This document shows, piece by piece, positions 35,300 through 47,735 of a stretch of 64,000 bases of DNA (the first letter of the stretch is position 1; every line of letters begins with the position of its first letter). Origin of the DNA: Selaginella moellendorffii (Eukaryota; Plantae; Lycopodiophyta). Position numbers and translations under genes: made by a program. Where the stretch lies: assembly GCF_000143415.4 (NCBI RefSeq), contig NW_003314411.1, forward strand, positions 62,452 to 126,451, given 5' to 3'. The notes under the pieces were generated by a model. That model had not been told where the DNA came from. It searched no databases and saw only the letters and a list, made by a program, of their open reading frames with translations.

Positions 35300-38200
35300 G
35301 AAGACAATAATAAGTTTTCAAGCTTTAAACAATATAGTGTGCAGGGGCATGAACCAACAAGGGTTGTTGTCCACCGGGGCACTTTTTTCTATCTAAATGT
35401 AAAGTTACAAAAAAACTATAAAGATTAAGCTTTATATAGGCTTAGAGTGTGTAATTATTTTTAGCTGTAGTGCTTTATATAGTAAACAATAAGAAAATAT
35501 TATTATTTTTGCATTCACTAAAATCCCATCCCTATGAATATTCTATTTAAGTTTCATTTCTTAGGTTTATATTTTATTCATCTTGGTTTCTTAGCATGTG
35601 AGTAAAAAGAAACAAGTGGTCTATAAAGAATTTCAATAAAATTCTTATAAAAATCATAGAATCACAATAGATATAAGATTAAAGTATAAAGATGGGAAAA
35701 AAAGAATCCTCAAACTTCCTCCTTAACAAAAATGTTTTGCAATGATTTTTTCTAAATAAGAAGTTACTTGGAGTTATTACAAGTTGTGAGTATGTTCCAA
35801 CCATCATTTCACTAGAGAATGTAGCACAAATAATATTGGAACAACAGTAAACATGTCAACAAAGGCATAAAGAGGTCAAGAATTCCCCCACTACTTTTAG
35901 AGCATAACACATAATATCATGAGTAATAGAGATGAACATCACCAAATGGTCAATTGTTGATAAGGAACAAAGGGGAAAGGATAAGACTACATCAACAAAA
36001 TAATGACATTAGGAGATAAGTTGTCAAAACACAAAATCATTCTTTTAAAATGTTACAAGAGTATTAATAATTTTTAGGTTGAATGAATGATTGCAAATTA
36101 ATTGTGTAGGTCTTAGTTTGGATTAAGTGATTGCAAATATACATCACTACTCAAGTATAAATGATATCTTTGGCGATTCTGGAAATTAAAAGGATGAAAA
36201 TGCAATTGCAATGGTCATTTAGATGGTAGGACAATTATTATACAAGCATCCAAAAATGATAGTTGAGTAGAATTTAATAGAACAAGTTTGTAACAAGTAT
36301 GGGATTAAAAGATGTAACACTTACTATGGTTTTGGCTATATTACTTCCAATTGTCCAAATTCAAAAGGTGAAAAGAATTGATTTTAAATATGATGATCAT
36401 TGATATTAATAACAATGATGAAGAATTAAATAGTAATTTTGTATTATTGAACTCATCCTTGATATTTGTAAATTATATTCAGTTTGGAAAATGCAAATAC
36501 TTGAATTAGCTTCTTGATAGTGATGCCACTTATCACATGACATCAGATCATTTATTTTTCCAACATATAGATTATAGGTAAGTACAACTAGTGGTGAAAC
36601 ATTGAGAATAACAACTTCTGGAATGATTTTTCTTCTTGGTCTACAATGTTAGATAATTAATGTTTTTTTTTGTCCCAAAGTTTTCTAGACACCTTTTTTC
36701 CATTTCTAAACTTGTAAAGGATGGGGTTTATGCATACGTAGGTAATAATTAGATGATTAAACAACAATAAATTTTATTTATAGACACATATATATTGTTC
36801 AAGATATTCCAAAAATGGACTTTTTTTTCTTCCTCTAATCTTATAAATTTGACAAATTGAATTTATAACTTTAGCATCAAGCTATCAATGGGTCAAAGGC
36901 ACTTTCACATGGCATAACATCTTTGAAAGGATCAAATACAAACATATGAGGATTATCCAAGATGAAGATAAAGCCACTTCTAAAATAGTCATAATAAGAG
37001 GGATTTCAATTTTAAATTTCATTTATATTGATATTTAGGGAACTTCTTTGCATAAATCTTTGAATGAAGTTTGTTACTTCTTACTAATAGTGGATGACTT
37101 TAGTCACATCATTATGGTTTCTTTCCTTAAACAGAAATCAGATGCACCGAAAACATTCCACAATTGGATCTAGACAATAGAAAAAAAACTTGATTGATTA
37201 ATATATATGCTTAGAGTAGATGATGGTTGGGAACTTCTCTTAGCAAAATTCTAAATTATCCTAGCTTCACGAAGAATTTCACTCTACCAAACATGGCTAA
37301 AACAGAATTGTGGAGAGGAAAATGCTCATAGTTCTTGATGCATCCCATGTGATGTTAAAGCCATACACATTCGCACATTTTTCTAGGCCAAAGCTGTGAA
37401 CACAACTGTTCATATCCACATTCTTCCCACCAAGGCAACTTTGAATAAGACACCAAAGGAACTCTAGATTGGTAATAAGCCTACACTTTCACTTTTATGG
37501 GTGTTTGGTTATATTGGATACTTATATGTCTCAAGTGAAGAATATAGAACAAAGTGGCAAGATTGCTCCATGAGATGTATTATGCTCTATTACAGTGATA
37601 CTATCAAAGGCATGTGGATTTCAAATAGAAAAAGGTTTTAATATGCTCTTCAAAGAAATGATTCCAGCATATTCAGTTTCCTCAACAAAGCAAAATCACC
37701 AACTCTAATTATATTTCACCTTAAATCTAACCACATAGCTTTATGGATGCAATGAATTTCCTAGTACAAAAACATCACTATCACCTTATACACTGCCACT
37801 TCCTTTAGAACCTTCACTAAAAATCCCACCACTACTGCTGGAGGATACACACTTGGACAACTCTATTATTGAAGGTAATTTACAAATTGGTTTTGAGATC
37901 GTGAATGCAGAAAGTACACCAGTTTCTAAAGATACTCCCGAGTGACAAAATGAACTTGACAGTGATAGCACAACTCTAGATCCCACACCTCGACATTCAA
38001 CATGAGCATAGAAGCCTATACAAGCAATTCTATATTCTCATGCATATGCAGCATAGGTACAACGTTTTCATTAGTAGGCCACAATAAGAGTCAAATACAC
38101 TACTCAGTTAAAGAACAATTCTGGGATAGTTCTTCCCAAACAAATAGTTGTGCCATGCAAATAGGTACATAAATTAGAGACAGACGAGATAGAAAGGTAT

Positions 38201-39110
38201 AAAACACATCTGGTAGCTAAAGGATACAAACAATATGTAGAGATTGACTACAATGAGATTTTCTCACCTGTAGTCAAGATGTTTTCTATATGCAATTGCT
38301 AATCACTTGAATCTGGGCTTAGAGCAGATGGTTGTGAAGAATGCCTTTTTAAATGGAGAGCTTGAACAACTGGTGTACATGCATACCACCGGGTTTTGAA
38401 GTACGAGGAAAAAAACACTATATGTGCGAACTTAAGAGATCCATCTACAGACTTAAGCAATCTCCCAAGATATGGTACAATACATTGAATAAATTCTTTT
38501 CGATGCTTGGTTTTTCCAGCACAGAAGTAGATTAAAACCTCTACCATTACATTCATGATTCTTTTCTAATTCTGGTCTGTGTCTATGTTAGTGGCAGGGA
38601 AGACAGAAAATTTAGCATGGCTTAAGGCACAATTATCTCAGAAATTAAGGATGAAACTTGGGTAAGCTTTCATTCTGCCTTGCCACAAAATAACTACGTG
38701 TTCGTCAACATATATATATTGTAAACTTTATGAAAAAGTATCAATGGTTTTTTACATAGCACAATGCTCCTACAGTTGCACTATAATGCTACAAACTATC
38801 AAGAGCAGATGCTTCATATTCTGAATTGGAAAAGCAGGAGATGGCAATGCTATCATACCAGAAAGTAATTGGAGCACTCAAATATTTAGCCACAGCAAGC
38901 TGTCGTGACATAGCAGCGGTAGTCTATCAAGTATGCCAATTCATGCAAGATCCAGGGAAGCATCATTGGGATGCGGTGGAGTGTATCTTCAACGATGTGA
39001 AGAAAACAGCAACACTCTAAATTGGGTACAAGAGAAAACATCTGAAGAAATTGGATCAGGAGGTGTGATACCTCATGGGATGGTGGATGCAGATCTGGCA
39101 TCAGATCTTT
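35300..39110 (+). mobile_element. Degenerate Ty1/copia retrotransposon internal region (gag-PR-IN-RT-start of RNase H)
   Basis: Motifs in copia order: zinc-knuckle relic (about 36310), LLDSDATYHMT (about 36510), YFLLIVDDFS and LRVDDGWE (integrase), RYKTHLVAKGYKQ...DYNEIFSPV, LKRSIYRLKQSPKIWY, YQKVIGALKYL...PGKHHWDAV, GMVDADLASD. Many stops and frameshifts; no LTRs recognised. Confidence 0.92.
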
Positions 39111-39115
39111 TGTAT

Positions 39116-39480
39116 GGTGTGCAACTTATAGAAGATAAATTTGGCATGGATCATCCTAATCTCGGAGACATGCTGAACACAATGGGGATTGCCAACTTGC
39201 TTCCGAGCAATTTGAGTGAGCAGAGGCGGTGCTGGACATCCAAGCACAGAAAAGGCAACTCGGAACATGATCACTGCATACTACTTGCTCAACTGGTAAA
39301 ACTTTGTCTTGGTTTTGTCTTTCTGTAGCTTGAAACTCGCTCTTTGCAGGGACGAATGCGAGATGGAGATTCTGGAAGGACAGCCGGACACAGGACCCAA
39401 CGAAAGTGGTTTTACGGCGTTGTATGATTTAATGTTTCCCTGGCTGATCCTTGCCGTTGTCCTCCTGAGATGAAACCACG
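39116..39480 (+). pseudogene. Inverted degenerate duplicate of the TPR gene 3' end and downstream DNA (about 20560 to 19760)
   Basis: GVQLIEDKFGMDHPNLGDMLNTMG matches the TPR gene. The intron (gtaaaactttgtctt...gcttgaaact) is retained, and colinear fragments continue to gaaaccacg. Confidence 0.88.
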
Positions 39481-39531
39481 GATTTCCAAGGAGATTATCA
39501 AAAGTTTATGAATTTAAATTCACTTAGTAAC

Positions 39532-39760
39532 ATTCTTGTCAAGAACTACTAGTAACTATAGGCAAGTTTCTTGCTGTTTATGGATTCTTGGCGGCATAGT
39601 TTGCTCGCTTTGATGCCCAACACCAGATTCATTTGACGGCCAGTTTTGAGCCTCTGGTGTGTTTTCTACCCAGCACACCCAAGCAAATCAATCAAGCAAC
39701 TGCCCTATTCCTCGTTGACTGCATTGCTAGGAGAAGGGGATAACGTACTTTCTCTAGACA
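39532..39760 (-). pseudogene. Degenerate tandem copy of the 3' end of the adjacent PPR gene
   Basis: Shares ttgtcaagaactact, actataggc.agtttcttgctgttt and cccaagcaaatcaatcaagcaact with 39880-40125, with deletions. Confidence 0.8.
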
Positions 39761-39889
39761 TTATGAAGTTAGGCAATGATCGATTTGTTTCCTATTTGGG
39801 CCTTATGATATTTGGATTACAATTTATTCCTCATGTCCAGAACTCATGGGAAAGAGGATTGAGAGAAGCACACAAGATTTTGTCAAGAA

Positions 39890-42142
39890 CTACTTAATAA
39901 CACTATAGGCGAGTTTCTTGCTGTTTGAGAGAAGCACATATGGCGCAGAGGTCTCGGGCTCCAGTTTCACCACATGCTTGGCAGCATCGTTTGCTCCCTT
40001 TGCATCGCAATGCCCCAACACCGACGTCCAGTCTTGAGCCTCCGGAACATATGGCATGTTTTGTATAAGATCACGGGCATCCCCCAAATGCCCGGCACGC
40101 CCAAGCAAATCAATCAAGCAACTATACTGCTGCTTGGAGGCCTTCCGTCCTTGATCGATCTCCAAAAAGTTGAAGTACTTGCATCCTTCCTGGAGGCTCC
40201 CAACGTGACTCCGGCCTAGCAACAGGCAAGTGAAGGATACCTCATCGGGCTTCACTCCCTCGAGCTGCATTGCCTGGAACAGGTCCAAGGACGTTCCACG
40301 CTGTGCCTGCATTGTCAGCATGGTGTTCCACGTAATCACGTCACGGCGTGGCATCTCACGAAACGTTTTCCAGGCTAGCTGCGGATGCCCGTATTGGGCA
40401 TATGCCACCAGCATGGCGTTCCATGCCGATGTGTTAACTCTTGGCATGCTCAAGAACAACTGCAATGCTTCCTCTAGCTGGCCAGATTGGGCATAAGCTC
40501 CTAGCATTGCTGTCGTTGCGATTTCGTCTTTGTTTGGGGTGTCCTGATACAGACTTCTTGCTATTTCAAAATGACCTTTAGCGGCATAAGCTGCAAACAA
40601 AACTGTCCAGGAGATTGTGTCTCGGTTAGGCATAAGGTGAAACACAAAGTTTGTAGTTTCTAAATCAGAGATCTGGGCGTAAGAGTACAAAAGTACGTTC
40701 CAGGCGATTTGATCGTGCTCTGGCATTGAATCAAACACAGCTTTAGCTCGTAAGAGATCCCCGACGATAGCAAATCCCGTTAGCATTTCGGTACCAGATA
40801 CCACGTCTTTGGATGGCATTGAGCTGAACAGATGCATAACCTCGTCGAGGTTCCTTCCAGTGGAAGAATAGACAGCCAACATAGAATTCAGCGAGAAGAG
40901 ATTCACATCCTGCATTTTCTTGAAGAAAGCCTCGGCCATTTCCGGATCGCCACTCTTTGCCAAGCCGTTGAGCATCAGATTCCAGGAAACCATGTCCAAC
41001 ACGGGCATTTGCTCGAAGAATCCCACCGCTTGATCCAAATTCCCAGACTTTGCGAGCGCCGACAAGAGAGTGTTGTACGAAACAAGGTCTCTCTCCGCCA
41101 TGGCATCAAACAAGCTCCTCGCCTTGTGGATGTAGTTATTCCTGGCATATGCCGACAGCAGAGTATTCCAGGACACAAGGTCTCGCCTTGGAATCCCATC
41201 GAAGATCCTCTTGGCATCTTCCACGAACCCATTGTCCGTGCACGCGGCAAGGATGGCGTTCCACGATAGCGTGTCCCATTCGGGCATATTCCCGAACACG
41301 AGTCTTGCCTGGTCTAGATTCCCAGAGTTCCCGTACGCCGCGAGGATGCCGTCCCACGAGAGAAGGTCCACGTACGACATCGTGTCGTACAGGGTCTTTG
41401 CTTTGGCAGCATCGCCGTGCCGGCCGTACACCGACAGCATTGTGTTGCAGGTGACAAGATCTTTGTCGGGGATCTTGTCGAAGAGGACGGTCGCCTCGTG
41501 TACGTGCCCCCTCTGGGCATATGCTGTTAGCATCGAGTTCCATGATACGAGGCTCCAGTAGGGCATCGAATGGAACAAATCTCTAGCTTTTTCAAGATGT
41601 CCGTTTTGCGCATACGCAGCTAACAGGGCATTCCATGACACGAGATCCTTTTGGGGCATTTGATCAAACACAAGCTTTGTTGTGTGAATATCCCCAGATT
41701 GGGCATATGCCGTGAATAAGGCTGTCCACGAGATGATATCCCGTTGCGGCATTTTGTCAAATAAGACCTTTGCTTCTTGGGCCAAGCCGTCTCTGGAATA
41801 TGCCGAGAGCATTGCGTTCCATGAGACGTAGTCTTTAGTCGGCATCTGGTCGAAGATTCGCCTGGCCTGTGTGATATGCCCGCGTTGGGCATACGCTCCA
41901 AGCATGAGATTCCAGGAGAAGCTGTCCTTGGTGGGCATGGTGTTAAAGATGTGACTTGCGCTGTCGAGGCAGCCGAGCCTTCCAAACATCTGGACGAGCA
42001 TGTTTGAGACGAGGAGCCATTCCTTGGGGGAGAGCCTGCGCTGGTAAGCACGGGAGACAATGTGGGCGTGAGCATTGTGAGCATCTGGCAATGTCTTGGA
42101 GGACTTGATTCTATGTATACAATCCGAAAGCTCCAATGGCAT
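39890..42142 (-). CDS. PLS-class PPR protein dominated by a long array of 31-aa S/SS motifs, E domain
   Basis: About 18 consecutive DxxSWNxxLxAYAxxG...AxxxFxxMP units; C-terminal YSCLIDLLGRAG...EPETSAPYVLLSN. First ATG at 42142. Confidence 0.93.
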   Translation of the reverse strand: MPLELSDCIHRIKSSKTLPDAHNAHAHIVSRAYQRRLSPKEWLLVSNMLVQMFGRLGCLDSASHIFNTMPTKDSFSWNLMLGAYAQRGHITQARRIFDQMPTKDYVSWNAMLSAYSRDGLAQEAKVLFDKMPQRDIISWTALFTAYAQSGDIHTTKLVFDQMPQKDLVSWNALLAAYAQNGHLEKARDLFHSMPYWSLVSWNSMLTAYAQRGHVHEATVLFDKIPDKDLVTCNTMLSVYGRHGDAAKAKTLYDTMSYVDLLSWDGILAAYGNSGNLDQARLVFGNMPEWDTLSWNAILAACTDNGFVEDAKRIFDGIPRRDLVSWNTLLSAYARNNYIHKARSLFDAMAERDLVSYNTLLSALAKSGNLDQAVGFFEQMPVLDMVSWNLMLNGLAKSGDPEMAEAFFKKMQDVNLFSLNSMLAVYSSTGRNLDEVMHLFSSMPSKDVVSGTEMLTGFAIVGDLLRAKAVFDSMPEHDQIAWNVLLYSYAQISDLETTNFVFHLMPNRDTISWTVLFAAYAAKGHFEIARSLYQDTPNKDEIATTAMLGAYAQSGQLEEALQLFLSMPRVNTSAWNAMLVAYAQYGHPQLAWKTFREMPRRDVITWNTMLTMQAQRGTSLDLFQAMQLEGVKPDEVSFTCLLLGRSHVGSLQEGCKYFNFLEIDQGRKASKQQYSCLIDLLGRAGHLGDARDLIQNMPYVPEAQDWTSVLGHCDAKGANDAAKHVVKLEPETSAPYVLLSNSKKLAYSVIK

Positions 42143-42306
42143 TTGTATGCATTTGAAACTCCCGAGCCCTGACCACGTTTGAGCTCTCGAGCTGAAAAAG
42201 TCAATCCATGTCAACTCCGTCAATGGAATGTGTCAATGTAATGTGTCAAAATGAGAGTCAATAAAAGTCTTTAAAGACTGTGTTGGACTTTCGTCATCGC
42301 TCTCTC

Positions 42307-43923
42307 ATGAGCGAAATTAATCACTTTCTGACGCTTTCTTCTCCCCATTCGATTTCTTCCGCCAGACTAGACCAAGATCACCATCCGTTGTGTGACCGCG
42401 ATTGCGATCCTCCTCCACAAGACAAGTTCTCGCGTGAGGATCTCCAGGAACTTCTAAGTAGAAAGGATCCAGCCATCTACACTCACCTCCTCCAACAATG
42501 TGGCAGCGCGAAGGCTCTCAGCGCAGGGAGATTGATCCACTCCCACATCGCCAGCAGCGGCAAGCTCGCCCTCACGCGCCTCGCAAACCACGTCATGATC
42601 ATGTATAGACAGTGCGGGGAACTGGAAGAAACTCTCACCATCTTCAACGATCTGAAAACAAAGAACGTTTACTCATGGAACATCATGCTGGGCGCCTTCG
42701 CCGACAAGCTCCAGATCCATCACGCAAAGAAAATCTTCGACCAAATGCCCGAGCGGAGCATCGTGTCGTGGAACTCTATGCTCGCGGCATATGCCCAGGC
42801 GGGGCATCTGTCCGCGGCGCGCGGTATCTTCCGTGCCATGCCGCGGCACGACGTGGTGACGTGGAATGCGCTGGCCTCGGGCTACCGCGACGCCGGCGAG
42901 CCGCGCGGCGCTGTCGAGGTCTACTTGACCATGCTGCTCGACGGGGCGTGCCGCCCGGACCGCGTGAGCTTCATTGGCGCGCTGGACGCGTGCGGGAGAG
43001 CGGGGAATATCCTCTGCGGCGAGAGCATCCACGCCAACGCCGTGGAGGCGGGCTTCGCATTGGCGGTCAGCGTGTGTACCGCGGCGGTGGACATGTACGG
43101 CAAATGCCGCCGCGCGGACCGTGCCACAGCGGTGTTTGACGCGGCTCCGTACAAGAGCCCCATCTTGTGGACGGCCATGCTGGCGGCACACGCCGCCGCC
43201 GGTGACGTGGATGCCGCGCGGTATCTCTTCGACGGCATGCCGTACGAGAGGAGCGTGGTGCCATGGACCGCCATGATGGCCGGCTACTCGCAAAACGGCC
43301 ATGGCCTCGACGCACTGCGGCTCTTCCGTACGATGGACCTGGAGGGCGTGGCGCCCAACCGGGTAACATTCATCACTGTGCTAGATGCTTGTTCGTTGGT
43401 CCCGGCATTTACCCCGGGTAGAATCGTCCATGGTGAAATCCTCAACCGGGGCATCCCACTTGACGTGGTGCTGGGGACGTCGCTAGTGGGGATGTATGCC
43501 CAGTGTGGGCATCTGGAGTACGCGAGGGATCTCTTCGATTCGCTTCCCGTCAGGAGCTTGATCTCGTGGAACTGTATGATCTCGGGCTATGCGCGGGGCG
43601 GCCACGCCGATCAATGCCTCGATCTCCTCCAATCGATGCAAATCGAGAGCGCTGCGTCGCCCTGCCGATCGACCATCATCAGCATTCTGTTCGCTTGCAG
43701 CCACGGCGGGGCGCTGGATCGAGGGCTGGAGCTGTGGCGATCGATGGAGATGGACCTGGCGATCGATCGAGAGTTTGATCACTACGTGAGCCTGCTAGAT
43801 CTGCTCTGCCGGTCGGGGAAGATGGAGTTTGCCCGAGACGTGTTGGAAGGGATGCCCTACGAGCCCGACTCCATCGCATGGACCACATTCCTCGGCTCTT
43901 CTAGCATCAACAGTGGCGATTGA
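42307..43923 (+). CDS. PLS-class PPR protein ending within the E domain
   Basis: Intronless ORF with P/L/S motifs; ends HYVSLLDLLCRSG...PYEPDSIAWTTFLG. First ATG at 42307. Confidence 0.9.
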   Translation: MSEINHFLTLSSPHSISSARLDQDHHPLCDRDCDPPPQDKFSREDLQELLSRKDPAIYTHLLQQCGSAKALSAGRLIHSHIASSGKLALTRLANHVMIMYRQCGELEETLTIFNDLKTKNVYSWNIMLGAFADKLQIHHAKKIFDQMPERSIVSWNSMLAAYAQAGHLSAARGIFRAMPRHDVVTWNALASGYRDAGEPRGAVEVYLTMLLDGACRPDRVSFIGALDACGRAGNILCGESIHANAVEAGFALAVSVCTAAVDMYGKCRRADRATAVFDAAPYKSPILWTAMLAAHAAAGDVDAARYLFDGMPYERSVVPWTAMMAGYSQNGHGLDALRLFRTMDLEGVAPNRVTFITVLDACSLVPAFTPGRIVHGEILNRGIPLDVVLGTSLVGMYAQCGHLEYARDLFDSLPVRSLISWNCMISGYARGGHADQCLDLLQSMQIESAASPCRSTIISILFACSHGGALDRGLELWRSMEMDLAIDREFDHYVSLLDLLCRSGKMEFARDVLEGMPYEPDSIAWTTFLGSSSINSGD

Positions 43924-44216
43924 CGGAATTTGGCGGCTGGGAAGTTGGCGGCCAGTCCTCCACGTGGCACTATCTTGTGCGTTGGAGATGTCTTGGGATT
44001 CCCGTGGTAGAATGGCGAGCGAGTTAAACGAGCAATGGCCGCAGGGTTTAATCAATTTGTCCGTCCGTGGAGTAGCAGCTCGATGCTACAGCCGATTTTG
44101 GTTTGATTTGTGGAATCGAAGAAACAGGCGCTGGGATCGCTCGATCTGTAAGTTCATCAATCTTTTCATCGTTTGATCACGGAATCTTTCTCCGTGTAGA
44201 AAGAGGCCGCGATTAA

Positions 44217-45612
44217 ATGGTCGAAATGCAGTCGCTTAAGGGCAATGCGATGAAGCCCAAGGGAAGGACGAAGTTTTTCTCGGTTTTGCTGGGCATCTTG
44301 TTTGTGGCGATGGGGCTTGGTAAGAATCATACAGGCTTTCTCTCTGCAAAAACAAAACCTTTTGCTGTTGCAGCCGCGTTTTCCCAGCTCCTCTTTCTCG
44401 GGAGAATTGATGATCCTGGCAGTACGTACTCTCATCCGTGGTTCTCTCCGTGTGATCAGTTTTCTCTACTTGTGCTTAGGTGATTCGCGCTGGAAGGATG
44501 ACAAAGAAGCTAGATTGCTTCGCATAGGTCTCGTGAGTTTCTTTATCCAAGATCAGAGTTCTATGGTTTCTAACTTTGTTTCCTCCATAGGTGAAACCCG
44601 AAGTCCTAAACTGGTCTCCCAGAATCATTTTGCTACACAAGTTTTTGAGCGCAGAGGAATGCGATTACTTGATAGCCATTGCCGGGCCGAGGTTGGCGAA
44701 GTCCACAGTCGTAGACACAAGCACAGGCAAGGCAAGGCATGTCTAAACTCGAAAAGTAAAACACTCCCTTTTGCATGAAAGCTTATACTAGTTTTATGGA
44801 GCAGGGAATCGAGAGCAAGGTCCGGACGAGTACAGGAATGTTTCTAAGCAACTATGACAGACGTTATCCCATGATTCAGGTCTGCTCTTTGAGATCACAA
44901 AGACGCTGTCATGGTCTTCTCGTTCTGGTTCTTTGTGTTTCCAGGCAATAGAGCGTCGTATTGCTGTTTACTCCATGATCCCTGTGGAGAATGGTGAACT
45001 CCTCCAAGTTTTGCGGTAATTTCAATCTTTCGAGTGTTTGAAAGTCATTTTTCTTTCTGAGTCGATTTTTGTCCTCGCAGGTATGAGCCGAATCAATACT
45101 ACAAGCCTCATCACGACTATTTCTCAGATCAGGTTGCTTTTAGCTTAGATTTTATTTTATTTTATTTTATTTTATTTCTCATACTTCTTCGTGCCAGTTT
45201 AATCTAAAACGAGGAGGCCAGCGCGTGGCAACGGTTCTCATGTATCTCAGCGACGTCGAGGAGGGAGGAGAGACCATATTTCCATCGGTACAGTGTCTAC
45301 TTCTCAAAATGCTCTACATGTATTCATTCCTATCAATCTTTTTGTTTCCAAAGGTTGGGGATGGCGAGTGCGAATGCGGCGGCGAGCTTAGAAAAGGATT
45401 GTGCGTGAAGCCAAGGAAAGGCGATGCCATCCTATTCTGGAGCGCTGTAAGTAGTGTTGCTTGTCAAAGGATTTTCTTGAAAGGCTTTTGATTGGTTTTT
45501 CCAGGCTCTTGATGGAAATGTCGATAGCAACAGTCTCCATGGAGGCTGTAGTGTTTTGCGAGGAGAGAAATGGTCCGCCACAAAGTGGCTGAGACAATCA
45601 AGATTCAGCTAA
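44217..45612 (+). CDS. P4H: Prolyl 4-hydroxylase (P4H1-like), multi-exon, one GC-AG intron
   Basis: FLSAEECDYLI, STVVD, VRTSTGMF, QVLRYE..Q.YKPHHDYF, GQRVATVLMYLSDVEEGGET.FP, SLHGGC.V..GEKWSATKW. Confidence 0.95.
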
Positions 45613-45699
45613 AACCTCTAGCACAAGTTTTGTTGTGAACACTGTAAATACATATTCATACATACATAAAAATCTTAATTACTCTTGATATTAAAAGTT

Positions 45700-47600
45700 T
45701 AGCGGACGAGCATGGCAGTGACATTAATAGATAATAAGCACAGCTAAACCCTAAAAAACATGTATGTACGTATGAAATATCACAATCCAAGCCAATGCAA
45801 TATATAATAGGCACTCCAAAAAACATGAATGTATGAAAGGTATGGACTATAGGAAGATTATGTTATGGCCATTATTATTATTATCCAAGTCAGAGAACTG
45901 GCCATTATCTAAACTTTAGGTTGTCCCACCACTAAAGATGCCTAATAAAGAGTGATTAAGTATTCATTGAGTTTAAGAAAAATTGAAAATTCTTCCTCAT
46001 CCTGTTAAGCATATATGTAAGACATTTATTCCAATTAAGTTTAGGCTTTTATTTATAACAATCATAATTCATATACAAAATCTATGACGAAATTTTATAA
46101 TTAATGCTATATAAAGTGGAGTGTAACATTTTCATACTTACTTAAGGAAAAATTTTACAATGCTAAATTCAAAATAATTTACTTTAGTTTTAATTACTAT
46201 ATATAGAATTAATTTATAAAATTTATTTAGAATATTTAAATAATTCTTTTTAAAACTCTAAATTTGTAAATAATTATTTTTTAACTATTTATTAAAACCT
46301 TCTATGAAGTTTATATTTTCAAAATAAATTTATTTATTATTAAAGACTTTTTATTTTTATTTTTAAAATTTAAAGTGTCACAAATATTAACTATAAATAA
46401 ATAAGTAATATTTTAAAAGTAATAGTCACATGACAAGACCACAACCAAAAGCTATAACAATTAGTTAATATGATAATGCTTAATTGGGCAATAATTGAAC
46501 CTCAAACAACATAAGTAAACCCTAATTTAATAAACACAAAAATTTTCTAAATGTTAGACTTTTATGTCAAAATATTTTAGATTTTTTTTATATCTTTTAT
46601 TTGTATATAGAGAATTATCTTAAGTTGCTAAAATATTTTAGCACATAGTTACATAGTCACATAATTACACATAATTACATAGTCACATAACAAATAATCA
46701 CATAGTTACTATATCCATTTAATAGCAAAGTGATATTTTAAAATTTATTTGTAAAATATGATTTTACAGTATAAAATGAAATATTTTAACCACTAAGTAT
46801 AGAAATAAAATGAGTTAATATGTGTGACTAATACAATTAAAGTTTTTATTATTTGGGCAAAATTATTCTTATTATTAAAAAATAATAGTTAAAATTATTA
46901 AAATGAAAACAATCCTTTATTTCTTGGACTTTAAAATGCCTTTTATATTTATATTTTTCCAATTCTCATATCATTTATTTATAATTATTTATGAAACCAT
47001 TTATTTAAATATTTAAGATCGAGATTATAAAGTTAATAGAATAACTAGAATTAGTTGATGATCTTCATGTAAAATAATGAAATGACTTTATAAGGAGAGA
47101 ATAAATAAAAAATAAAAAACACTTTTATATTTTAATAATGAATTTATTATTTGAGAAGAGTACAAGATCACACATGCTAAACGAAGAAGTAAGGTGAGCT
47201 GTTGAAAATGTCCCCAGGCTTAGCTATAATGTTTATGCATATGCCAATTTATAATACAAATTTTTAAATTAATCATGAATATTTGAAAAATATATAATAA
47301 ACAAAGAAATTTAAATTTAAAAAATAATGTTTAAAATTAATGATAGGTTTTTAAGAAATGATGACAGAAAAAGAAAACTAACACTCTTAAATAGTTTTTT
47401 TTCATTGTCAACAAAATTGATAAATGATGACTTTGTAAATGGTATCAAGAAAGGAGATATTTTATAATCTTCAAACAATATCCATTGCAATTAAAACTTG
47501 TTACATTTTTTGTCCATAATCTCATATGCCATATCCAATACCTTTACTTGACTAACTTAGATGATGGATAGCCTCAAATTGCTTGAACAAGTCATGAACA
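45700..47600. other. Very AT-rich non-coding block, possibly a decayed non-autonomous element
   Basis: No ORFs; abrupt composition shift relative to the flanking genes; short catag(t/c)cac/cataattac repeats at about 46640-46710. Confidence 0.5.
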
Positions 47601-47735
47601 TGAGAAGGAAAAGAACAATCCGCAGCTTTTATATCACTTCACTATACATCACTATATCGTACGTACTATGGAAGTACGATCAAGGAGTAGTACAAGGTGT
47701 GAGCATATATTCCCCTTCTCTTCTAGGGATTTGTT

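Noticed and set aside
31800-35300. AT-rich sequence between the duplicate and the copia remnant
   Set aside because: Probably decayed transposon DNA, but I found no motif strong enough to name a family.
38933-39328. 131-aa ORF that looks like a novel fusion protein
   Set aside because: Chance read-through from decayed copia sequence into the decayed TPR duplicate and its intron.
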